Source: Guillardia theta CCMP2712
Lineage: Eukaryota > Protista > Cryptophyta
Direction of reading: 5' to 3'
Assembly (NCBI RefSeq): GCF_000315625.1
Contig: NW_005434639.1
Span: 195,511 to 259,510, forward strand
Length of the DNA stretch: 64,000 bases
Shown here: piece after piece, positions 12,671 through 22,344 of the stretch
Numbering within the stretch: the stretch's first letter is position 1
How the letters are laid out: every line of letters begins with the position of its first letter
Translations under genes and position numbers: made by a program
The notes under the pieces: model-generated
Seen by the model: only the letters and a program-made list of their open reading frames with translations
What the model was told of the DNA's origin: nothing
Database searches by the model: none

Positions 12671-14582
12671 TTAATGAATAACCTCTTGTCCCGCAGGTTT
12701 CTGGTCCTCTATACGAACGTGCTGCTCGTTAGGTTGCCTCGCCAGCCCCCGCTCTGTGCGCATCGTAAGGTCTCGACGGTACTTGGGGAAAGGCGAACAG
12801 AGGGTGAGCAAGGGGAAGGAGCAGGGGGAGAATGATGATAGGGTTGAGCTTGTGGCAATGGTGGACAGTGCATGGGCAAGAACACGGGGGATGGGAGGAG
12901 AGGCGGCTAATGAAAGAAGAGAGAGAAGCGAAGAGCAAGTTGGATGAAGAAAGAACATGACTGGGGAGGGAAGAGGGAGGAAGGGAGGGGCCAAGGAGGA
13001 ACCTTCATCGCTGAGCCATAATCTGGGATGTCGTTCATGTCCCGCTTGATCGAGTACTGCGATGCGCCATCGGCGGGGAGGCGAACGATGAGGATGAGGA
13101 TGAAGGAAAGCTTCACGACGACGTCTGCAAGCACTTCGAATGCGATCTGCTCCCCAGGTGAACCCAATGGCGTCAACGGCGCAAACATCCCCCTCACCTC
13201 GACGTTGAAGGACGTCGTAGATGTTCCAGTCTGCCCGACAAGCCAGACGACAGGGAACACAGCCCAGCTGGAGCAGAGCTCAGCCACACCTGCCACCCGA
13301 CCACAGCACACGCATACCAGGCCGCGAAGATGTACGTTAGCCACCGCAAAGTGTCGGCGTCGTACTGCGACACTCGACCAAGTTCGCTGGCCTTGCTCAG
13401 CTGGAGGCCAGTGCGTGAGAGCGGTTCTCCACCATCGCAGACCAGCTCACCTCTTGGAAGAGCATGAAAAGGAGGACAGCGAAGAAGATCAGCCCAGTCG
13501 CCCACCTGCAGCGGGTACAGGAAGGGGAGAGGGAGAAAGTCAGAGCCGGGCTGAGAAGCAGTCTGTTGAACGGACCAGAAGAACTTGTGCTCGTAGCCGT
13601 AGAACGCCCCGAAGAAGAGGCAGGAGACATTTAGAATGTCACACCCGACGATCCCGACGATGGCAGGGAGAGGAGCATCTCCTGGGACGAGGCTGTCAGG
13701 ATACCGTCGGCACCCACCAACTTGGAGGCTCACCCAGCAACGAGAGCGCGATGAGCATCAAGGGGGAGGTGACGGCCCAGTCGAAGTATCTCGCGGGGAA
13801 GAGGATGTGATTTTGACCGTCCTCCTTGATGTGCACCACACTCGTCTCGCTCCACATGCTGTAGTAGACCAGAGCCTGCTCAACGGGACATCAGCGTTGC
13901 CGTCGAGGTTTACATGAAGAGAGACCGAGATGGAGGCGACGAAGAACATGATGTAGTAGTAGATGGGACCCATGGGACGCTGATCGATCTCTCCATCGTA
14001 CCTGTTGTCACAAAGACAAGTCACATACCCGCGGCCATGTCACCGACCGGCAGCGCTATGGCACACTCACCTGACTGCCAAGACCAGGGTGAAGACTGCA
14101 GCAATTGACATCACGATGAAGCCGAAGACCAGGAAGATCAGGGCTAGCATGGGGATCCCCTCGTTGTCTCTGGTCAGCAGCCAGGGCTCATCACCCAAGT
14201 CCGACGCGTTGTAGAGGACGTCGAACTCTGAAAGCGAGCTGATTGACAAGTGTTTGTCCCCCAACATAGCAGGCGGCTGGATACGGGAAGCGACGTGCTC
14301 TCTATGATTTAATGGGTGGTGTGCATGGTGGCGGCTCCTGAGCTGTGTGAGAGGAGCGTGATGCTGCAGTGATACCTTCCTCGTAGAGTGAGATGAGTGG
14401 ATAGGAGAGGAAGGGGAAGAAAGCGAGGAAGGGGGAGAAAGAGAGGAGGGGGAGGCGAGAGAGGAGGAGGGAGGATGTTGAGCATAAAGGGTCGATGAAG
14501 ACGACGAGGCCTGACATGCCCCTGCCGCCATCACGATCGCCATGAGCCTTGTTGCCATCGCGCCTCTTCGCATGGCGATCAT
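12671..14582 (-). CDS. Type-1 (microbial) rhodopsin with signal peptide and long N-terminal extension, about 8 exons
   Basis: Spliced product has 7 TM segments: helix B IYYYIMFFVASIS|ALVYYSM, helix C ARYFDWAVTSPLMLIALSLL, helix D VGCDILNVSCL, helix E KFFW|WATG, helix F WAVFPVVWLVGQTG and helix G EVLADVVVKLSF. The Schiff-base Lys codon is at 13113-13111. Confidence 0.92.
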
Positions 14583-14891
14583 GTTGGGGCTAGAGGGACT
14601 TAGCGGGGACGAGGGTATCAAATGTTCCAGGGGAGGTATGAGGGAGATGATCATGGATGGGATATGAGGGCGATGAAAAGATTCATGAGCGGGTATGAGG
14701 GGGCTCTCAGGGTTTGTGGATGTTGGGGGACGATATAATGGAAGATATGGGGGAACGGGGGGGGGGCATGGGCGACAGGAGGATGGCAGGAGGAGGCAGC
14801 AGTAACGGAGGCATGATGCAGCATTGGCCTGCAAAGGTCTCCAGGAGCATGCAGGAGCCGGTGGAGCTCTCTACAGGGTCACTCAGCTAGG

Positions 14892-16806
14892 ATGGACACG
14901 ACGGAGTCAATTAGGCTCCGAATTAAATGTCTTGCTGTCGGTTTCTTCTGCCTCTTCGCAGCTTACAAGGCCTCGGAGCAGCTGCAGACTACGGTTAACA
15001 GATCGTCAGGCTATGTATGCCTGCTCGTGATATACTCGTGTCTGGCCATCAGCTCCCTTGTCGCTCCGTGGATTGTTGCAAAAGTTGGTACCAAAACTTT
15101 GCTTTGGACCAGCAGCTTGCCGTACGTGGTGATCACGGCTTCTTACTTGCTGCCCAAGAATGAGATGCTCCTGTCCATCTCCTGCTATGCCGTCGGCATT
15201 GCAGCCTCTACCCTGTGGACAAGCCAGGTCGGCCGACAACAGCACATTCAATTTCACCTTTTTTACATTGTTTGCAGGGAGAATACGTGGGGAAATGCTC
15301 TCTGCTCATGAGCCAACGCACCGGTGTTGCACTCACCGACTGTACATCAGACCTGAACGCGACCTTCTTCGCCATCTTCTCGGCCTCCGGGGCTCTCTCG
15401 CTGCTCTTTGCATCCGTCGTCATGAGCGTGCTAGACAACTCGCTGACCATCTTGTTCACAGTGCTGACGATCTTGGGGGTTGTTGGAGTGATATTGCTGG
15501 CTTTGCTCCCATCCCCTGAGTCCAACCATTCTCTCGATGTCGCTGAGTTGCTGAAGAGTTTTGCCACTGCGAGCAAGAGACAGGAAACAGTCGAGGCCGG
15601 CCAATCAGAGCCGGAAGACAAGAAGGGGATCCTTGCTCTTGGACCGGCGGACGCACAGTTGGAGGCTCCCATCATTGATGGTGGTAGGAACATCTCGTTG
15701 CTAACAAGAAATGTATGCATGACGAACGGATGGCAGGAGCGGATAGTGCGAAGTTGCCAAATGCTCAGCTGCCAGATCTTCACTTCATGATCCGATTTCT
15801 GACGAGGGACCTCCGGATGCGGTACATCATACCAGTAATGCTCGTAGATGGAGCAAGAATGGGATTCTTCATCGGAGCATTCATGGAGAAAGTGGTTTCA
15901 GGGTATGTGATGAGCTGAACTCGACGAAACTTGCTCTGACGCAACTGCCATGTAGGCTCCTTGGAGTCACATACGTAGCTACAGTCGGCTTCATCTCGAG
16001 CCTGGTATCGGTGGCGGCTTCTATGTGCTGGAGGAAACTTGTTTTGAACCCGAGGCTCGGTCGACGTACCGCTTTCCTCATATCTTTCATACTACAGGTC
16101 TCCACCTCTACTTGGTAATACCAGCGTGATTGTTGCTCGCAGGCTCTTTGGTTTGCATTCTACGCAATCTGGTGTCAGAGAAGGATAGTTGAAGGAACTG
16201 GACGGGTGGTGGATAAGCCGCAGGTGCAGCTGGGAAACGTTGCTACTGGAGAGGAGGGAGTGGACTCGCAGCAGGTCCCCGGCACCATGTCGGACGTTGT
16301 CATCATCCTCTCTGGTGCCTGAGGAACTCAGGCAATCGGAGGACTGAGCTGATCCTTCAGGATGCATCGTCAACGCCATTATGGAGCCGGTGTGGAATGG
16401 TTTCTTGCGAGCGACGCTTCAGGTGCCGCGTGTGAGGTGACGTGAAAAGTGACGTCTGACGGGGGGGCATGATGTCCAGGTCTACTTCTGCGACTCAATA
16501 GAGCTGCCCTGTGCCATGTCTTCGTTCTTCGTCTTCACGTCGATTGGTTTTGCGATTCAACAAGGTACCGCCGACTTCCTTCGTTCAGGGAGCGTGACGT
16601 TGGAATCTTTCAGGGATCAGCCTTGTCTTTTCAGGGCAGCTTGTCGCTCAGTGTGTCTTTCTTTTATTCTTCTCCATCGCAGCAGGAACGCACCGAAAGC
16701 CTTGAATTTCTATTCGCAGATCTGCGCTGTTCTCTGCTCTCTGTCCGTCTTCTATTCGTTGAACTCCTCCCTCCCTCCCACTTCCCTTCGATTCCGGCTC
16801 GCCTAG
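14892..16806 (+). CDS. UNC-93-like MFS membrane protein, multi-exon
   Basis: FCLFAAYKASEQLQTTVN..GY.CL..IY...SSLVAPWIV.KVG.K and GIAASTLWTSQ|GEYV match UNC-93 family motifs. Many hydrophobic segments; the 3' exons are approximate. Confidence 0.8.
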
Positions 16807-17138
16807 TGTATATCCTTTGTGATCCTTGGACGGCTGACGAATTTGTGCAGGTTGTTCCATGTTATTCCTTCACCTGCGCGTCTGCTCGATCGATCTCAGA
16901 GAAGATGACAAGGCTAAGGAGGAGGGCTGCTGAGACTGTGACCATCCCATCCGACATCTGGTGGAGACATGTGGAACAGAGAACAGTTACGCAAGGGTTT
17001 AGGAAGGAGGCTGTTGGATACAGGGACAGGCTGTTCTTGCATGCCGGTTTACATCTTAGGAGCATGTCAAAGCATACAGGAATAACGCAATGGAGGAGGA
17101 AGTTAAGGACTTATTGGCTCTGACGTTCTCCTCGGCCT

Positions 17139-17640
17139 TCAAGCCGACAAGTATCTCTTTATCTCCTCGTCCTCCGCCAAGTCCGCCGCGCTCTTGTCGC
17201 CGCGGTATGTCTTCGCATGCTTGTTTGCTTTCAACCTCTCCACAAGGATCCTCACTACCTCCATGTCCCCTCGCATCGCCGCGAGCATCAGAGGAGTGTA
17301 GCGGTCCCTGCCGACAGTGAAGTTCACGTCCGGCTTGTTGGCGAACTCGCTCATCCACTCCTCCAGCCTCTGCAGGCTTCGGGTGAGAATGGCGACGAGC
17401 AGAGCTTTGCGACGCTCTTTCTCTGCATCATCGACTGTGGTTGGAGAAGCGACAGCGGATCGCATTCTTGGCCCTGCACAACCTCTCAGCAGTCAACTCT
17501 ATCCCTCACCTCTTACCTGGTGACTGAATAGCTCGAGTCAAGAGAGCATCAATCCACTCAGTCGAGTCAAAATCGTCATCGGATCCTCTCTTGAAGAGAT
17601 TAATCACATCACTGTCGTCATCGTCCGGTGCTTGTGACAT
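17139..17640 (-). CDS. Small ankyrin-repeat protein, copy A (2 exons)
   Basis: MSQAPDDDD...QSPG|PRMRS... then DVN...YTPLMLAAMRGDMEVVRILVE..AN...GDKSAADLA, which matches the ankyrin consensus. Confidence 0.8.
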
Positions 17641-18096
17641 CTCTTGGTGCTCGTTCGTGTTCCCTACCCAACGTCAGCTCTTCCTCTCACCACTACCAAC
17701 CATGGTTAGGAGAAAGCACAAAATCCTCCTCCTCCTTCCCTCTTCCCTCCCCACTTGAAAACTTTTACAGTACATTCCTTCTCTCCTCCTGCTCCCCGTC
17801 CCTCCCATTCTTTTCACATTCCATCCCTCCATTTCTCCGTTTTCTTCCGTGGGTCTCGGCCTCTCTCCCTTCCTACCTCACCCCTTCATGTTTCGTTGCT
17901 TCCTCCCGCGTTCCTCCCCTAACTACCTCCCTTTCACTAACTTCAGCCCCCACTAACAGCAGCACATCATCCAGCTCCCAGCTACTGATCCAGCACAGCT
18001 GGGCAAGAGCTATAGCCACCCCGGCCCTGGCAAGGAGCAGGGACGAGGACCAGAGTTGCCGCACAACCTCGGCATGTCTGCTGGGAAATATTCTTT

Positions 18097-18377
18097 ACTC
18101 AAAGTTAAGTTAAAAATCAGTACGAGGACAGTTAGCGGCTGCCGTTCCCTCGGATCAGTTCGGACGGGCCGGGCCTCGTCCCGGCCGGGCCGCTAGCATC
18201 CCGGGACCCAGTCCCGCGATCCCGGGCCGCGGCGCCGGCGACTTAGTAAGTTGGGCCCGGGGACAGCAGCCGGCAGGACTCCTCATTAGGTTTGGTTCTC
18301 GCTGTCTTTTCGGCCCGGGTCAAGCCTCCTCGACTCTCCTGATTGTCCTCGTACTGATTTTTAAGTCAACTTTGAGT
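18097..18377. mobile_element. MITE-like element, 281 bp, with 34-bp terminal inverted repeats
   Basis: 18097-18130 ACTCAAAGTTAAGTTAAAAATCAGTACGAGGACA matches the reverse complement of 18344-18377 at 32/34 positions. The interior is GC-rich and non-coding. No TSD is evident. Confidence 0.55.
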
Positions 18378-18500
18378 GAACGTTCAGTGCGGGTCAACGG
18401 TTGGCACTGCGCCACAACTTGACCTGCCGGAGTGTGACGGAATGAGTCAGTGTGATTGCTGCTTGCGAGGTTTCGTCAGTCTCTGCTTTATTGGCTTCGT

Positions 18501-19007
18501 TCAACCCTGAGCCGACAAGTATCTCTTTATCTCCTCGTCCTCCGCCAAGTCCGCCGCGCTCTTGTCGCCGCGGTATGTCTTCGCATGCTTGTTTGCTTTC
18601 ATCTTCTCCACAAGGATCCTCACAACCTCCATGTCCCCTCGCATCGCCGCGAGCATCAGAGGAGTGTAGCGGTCCCTGCCGACAGTGAAGTTCACGTCCG
18701 GCTTGTTGGCGAACTCGCTCATCCACTCCTCCAGCCTCTGCAGGCTTCGGGTGAGAATGGCGACGAGCAGAGCTTTGCGACGCTCTTTCTCTGCATGAGT
18801 GATGCTCGTTTTTGGTGATCTTGACGATCTTTGAACAATCCGTTCTATGACGCATGTTACTCGGGAAGCACTCAGAGCAAGGATCGATTGCAGACCTTGT
18901 CCTAGAAAGATGATATCATCAAGCACATCTCCCAAATTTTCGGGCATACGTTCCGCTTGCATTAGGAGCACTGCGATCTCCGTGACATCAGTTGAATCGT
19001 TCGCCAT
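18501..19007 (-). CDS. Small ankyrin-repeat protein, copy B
   Basis: Same ankyrin region as copy A (18510-18796 vs 17142-17428) with a different N-terminus (MANDSTDV...) and a probable 45-nt in-frame intron. Confidence 0.78.
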   Translation of the reverse strand: MANDSTDVTEIAVLLMQAERMPENLGDVLDDIIFLGQGLQSILALSASRVTCVIERIVQRSSRSPKTSITHAEKERRKALLVAILTRSLQRLEEWMSEFANKPDVNFTVGRDRYTPLMLAAMRGDMEVVRILVEKMKANKHAKTYRGDKSAADLAEDEEIKRYLSAQG

Positions 19008-19254
19008 CCCCGCTGCTTGACGCGGCAAGCTGAGACCATAAATCAGTTTGTCAGTGGTTTCCCGTAGGTTGCACAGCAAGGATGCAGACATCTTCCTTGA
19101 CTCATCACTGTTCTACTCACTAGCACGAAAGAAGAACAGGTCTAGCTCACAGAACGAGTCAGGACGGATCACATGGGTTGCTCTGGACACCAGTCCGTCT
19201 GCAAAAGGTGAATGATCTAAGTGCCTTGAATGGATCTCTGGCAGGCAGAGAGGA

Positions 19255-19393
19255 GAGGAGGGAGGTGAGTGAGTGAGTGAGTGAGGGAGGGAGGGAGGGA
19301 GTGAGTGAAGGGGGGAGGGAGGGAGGGAGTGAGTGAGTGAGGGAGGGAGGGGAGGGAGTGAAGGGGGGAGGGAGGGAGGGAGGGAGGGAGGGA
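19255..19393. repeat. (GAGG/GAGT)n compound microsatellite, intergenic
   Basis: Runs of gagt and ggga units seen directly. Confidence 0.85.
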
Positions 19394-19815
19394 GTTGAGT
19401 GTTGAGCTGGGAGGCTCTGATTTGCTGCCTTTGCTAGGAAGAGGAGGGAGGGCATATAGGGCATAGGGGTTTACTTTACTGCCCCGCGATACGATCGAGA
19501 TTGAACCTTGGGGCCGACTCTAGCCTCTTATTTACTCAGTAAAGTAGGCTTTGAACCCTTGTAAACTTTATCTGTGTTTGCGTGCTCGCCTGTTTCGGCA
19601 GTATCGCTCTCGTATGGGTCTTACCGTCCTCCTCGCAGGGGCCTTGCGCTACTGCTCTTTGTCCTGATCCTTGTTCCCCTGCTTGAGTCGTGCATGCCGT
19701 CGCCGGGCTTGCCGCGTGTTTGGAGTAGCGGTTTTCGCTGCTTCCTTCATTTCCTAGTGTTTCATTGAGGCGGGTTTGTAGGGTTTATCCTCGTCCTCCT
19801 TTGTTTACTCCACAG

Positions 19816-22004
19816 CTATATGAAGGCGTCAGGGTCGAGCCCTCCCAGCGTCGCCCTTGCGCTAATGGCCTTGTGCTGCAAGTCAACTCCGATGAAGTCT
19901 GCGGATCAAGTCAGCATGACGACGCGAACAACATAGCGGCAGGGCATCACCGAAGAAACTCTCCATGCTCCTCTCCTTGCCGACTCCGTACACGCCGTCC
20001 AGGCCCTGGCAGTGGGATCTCAGAGAGGAGGGGGAGGGATGGAGGGGAGGTTACCTGCATGGGCGAGACCTGTGCCTCCTCGAAGTCGCAGTCCCACGAG
20101 TTTCTGTTCTGGAAGAAGGAGTGCAGCTGGTAGCAGTTGTAGTGCAGACTTAGTTTGTCTGTTGCTTCCTTCGGAGGAGCTTCGGGACGAGCTCGTTGCC
20201 CCGAGGGTCCGTTCCGCACTGTCTCCTCTCCCTCCCCCATCCTCAAGATCGACCGAGCCCGCAGGAGGGATCGGGAGCGGAGGTCGAAGGGGTCGGCGAC
20301 CTCCTTGAAGCTCGACCTGTAGCTCCGATCCCAGCAGTGGAACACGACAGGGTGGCAGGGCGCGAAAACGTCGAACCCCCGCGTCCACATGCGGGCTAGC
20401 ATGGTCAGCTCCTCCCCGAAGAAGAGAAACTTCATCGAGGGATCGTAGGGAACTTCCAGCAAAAGCTCACTTGTGGAGAAGGAGCACCCAGCTGCCCAGA
20501 ACAGGCTCACCCGAGGAGCCGCCGGCCTCTGCCTCAGCATCTTCCCAGCTATCCGCAGCATGCCTTCCTCGCCGAACTGAGATGCGCACAACAGGGTGCT
20601 GGGAGACTGCTGGGGGACGGGATGGTCCCTGTCGTATCCGGGAGGATACGTGCTGAGCACTGGCTTAGGGCTCGGGCACGAGCCCAGCTGGGAGATGAGG
20701 TATTCATCCCACCCCTCAGCGAACCGCATGTGGGAGTCGATCTGGAGGTAGTACTTCTCCCCTGCCCAGAGCCTCTGTGCGAGGTACCTTGCCCAGCACG
20801 GACCTCTTGCTTCCTTCCAGTGGAACCGGGTCTCCCGCACGTTCTCCTCGCATCCTTCCGGCAGGTCACCCTCATGCAAGAAGCAGTCCTCGTCATCCTG
20901 GAAGTCGACCTGCGAGATCAGCCCCACATGCACCCTCTTGGGCAGCTTGGCTTTCTGGAACAGATCTCGCACGGTCTTGGGGCACTCGGGGTCCCTGTAG
21001 GCGACGATCGAGACGAAGATCTCCTCCGGCCTTGCCTCCTCCTCCTCTCGTCTTGCTGCGAAGGCCTGACAGCTCTCCAAGAACGAGCTGGGGCCGTACA
21101 GCCATCCTGATATGGCGAACCTCTCACTCGCGCACGGCAAGACCTCATGCTCCATGTCGGGCAGGAAGAGGAGGAGCCGATCGCACAGAGGAGCGACGTC
21201 GACGAGCCCTTCCTTGGGGTGGTACAGCCGCAGGACGCCCCCGTGCTCTTCACGCCATCCTTCCGCTACACGTCAGGCGTGAGGGGAGGCAGAACAGAGT
21301 TACCCGGGTTGAAGTAGTAGATGCAAGTCAGTCGACGACCAGCGTTGGTCTCGCTCACGTCAGAGTGCCGCACGTAGCAGGCGCCCTGCGCGTACCGGGC
21401 GAGCTGGAACGTGGCCTTCTCGCACGTGAAGGTCTGCGATAACGCGGTTACCAGGGAGTCCCGCGCACTGACGATGGAGTCTGACACTGCCTGGAGGGAG
21501 AGTGAGGGACGGAAGTCATGAAGGAGCGCACAAACCTCCATGCAGGAGATGCTCCGCGTCAGAGCCTCGTCACTCAGGTCGCCCGACAGCTTCCTCTCCA
21601 GAAGCGAGCTCATCCATATGATCTCGTCCCCTCGCGCGCGGACGTCCGTCCATGCAGTCGAGTCCTTACCCATCCCAGCTCTTCTCATCAGACCTGCTCG
21701 GAAGATGTTCTGCGCTGCCCCCCGCGCGCCTTCAGCCTGATCCCTCCCCAGGAAGCCGTCGAACACAGCGAACCCTCTCTCCCTAACCATCTTGATCGCA
21801 GACTCGGCGTCGAACGTGTTGGAAGTCGCTTCCAAGAAGCTGCGGTCTGCCTTCTCTGTTCCATCCTGGGACCCCCCTGTATCGAGAGCTCAATGGGTTC
21901 ACCTCAAGTCCAGCTCTACCTGCGAGGGACCGGAAAGTCCCGTCGTCCAGCAAGGAAAGCACCTTGAGCTGGAGGTGCTGGGGCAGCTGACCCAGCCCGC
22001 TCAT
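19816..22004 (-). CDS. Fusion protein: F-box-like motif + EGLN/PhyA-type 2OG-Fe(II) prolyl 4-hydroxylase + GT60 Gnt1-type hydroxyproline GlcNAc-transferase
   Basis: Six exons splice in frame: MSGLGQLPQHLQLKVLSLLDDGTFRSLAG|...GFAVFDGFLG...RGDEIIWM...ARY...YVRHSD...RRLTCIYYFNP|(G)WREEHGGVLRL...DRLLLF..MEHEVLP..RFAISGW, continuing in the same exon into IFVSIVAYRDPEC...GPCWARY...LQIDSHMRF..WD..VLSTYPP..LFWAAG..VPYDP..LFFGEE..RMWTRG...|GLDGVYGVGKERS|FIGVD...GGLDPDAFI*. Confidence 0.9.
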
Positions 22005-22344
22005 CCGAAACTCTTCTTCCTCTGCACCTGCTCTATGGCGTCTCAGCACGCAACATTGTTCCTCTGTCTTCTGATCTACAAGATTGCTCTCTCTTCCTCC
22101 CCCCGCCTCCCTCCCGCCCCTCACAGCATTGCTGGTCCCTGTCTCCCCGATGAAATAACGGGCGTAACGAGCGGAAAAGTCCACAAGCGGCATGCTCAGT
22201 CGGTAGTTCGCTTGACTCAGAGGCAGCAGGGGGATGAGGACTGGAAGCTCGTCCTCGTCCTCGTCCTCGTCCTCTTCCTCTTCTTCGTCCTCCGACACGT
22301 CCTCGTCCTCCGACACGTCCTCAACCTCGTCCTCCGACACCTCC

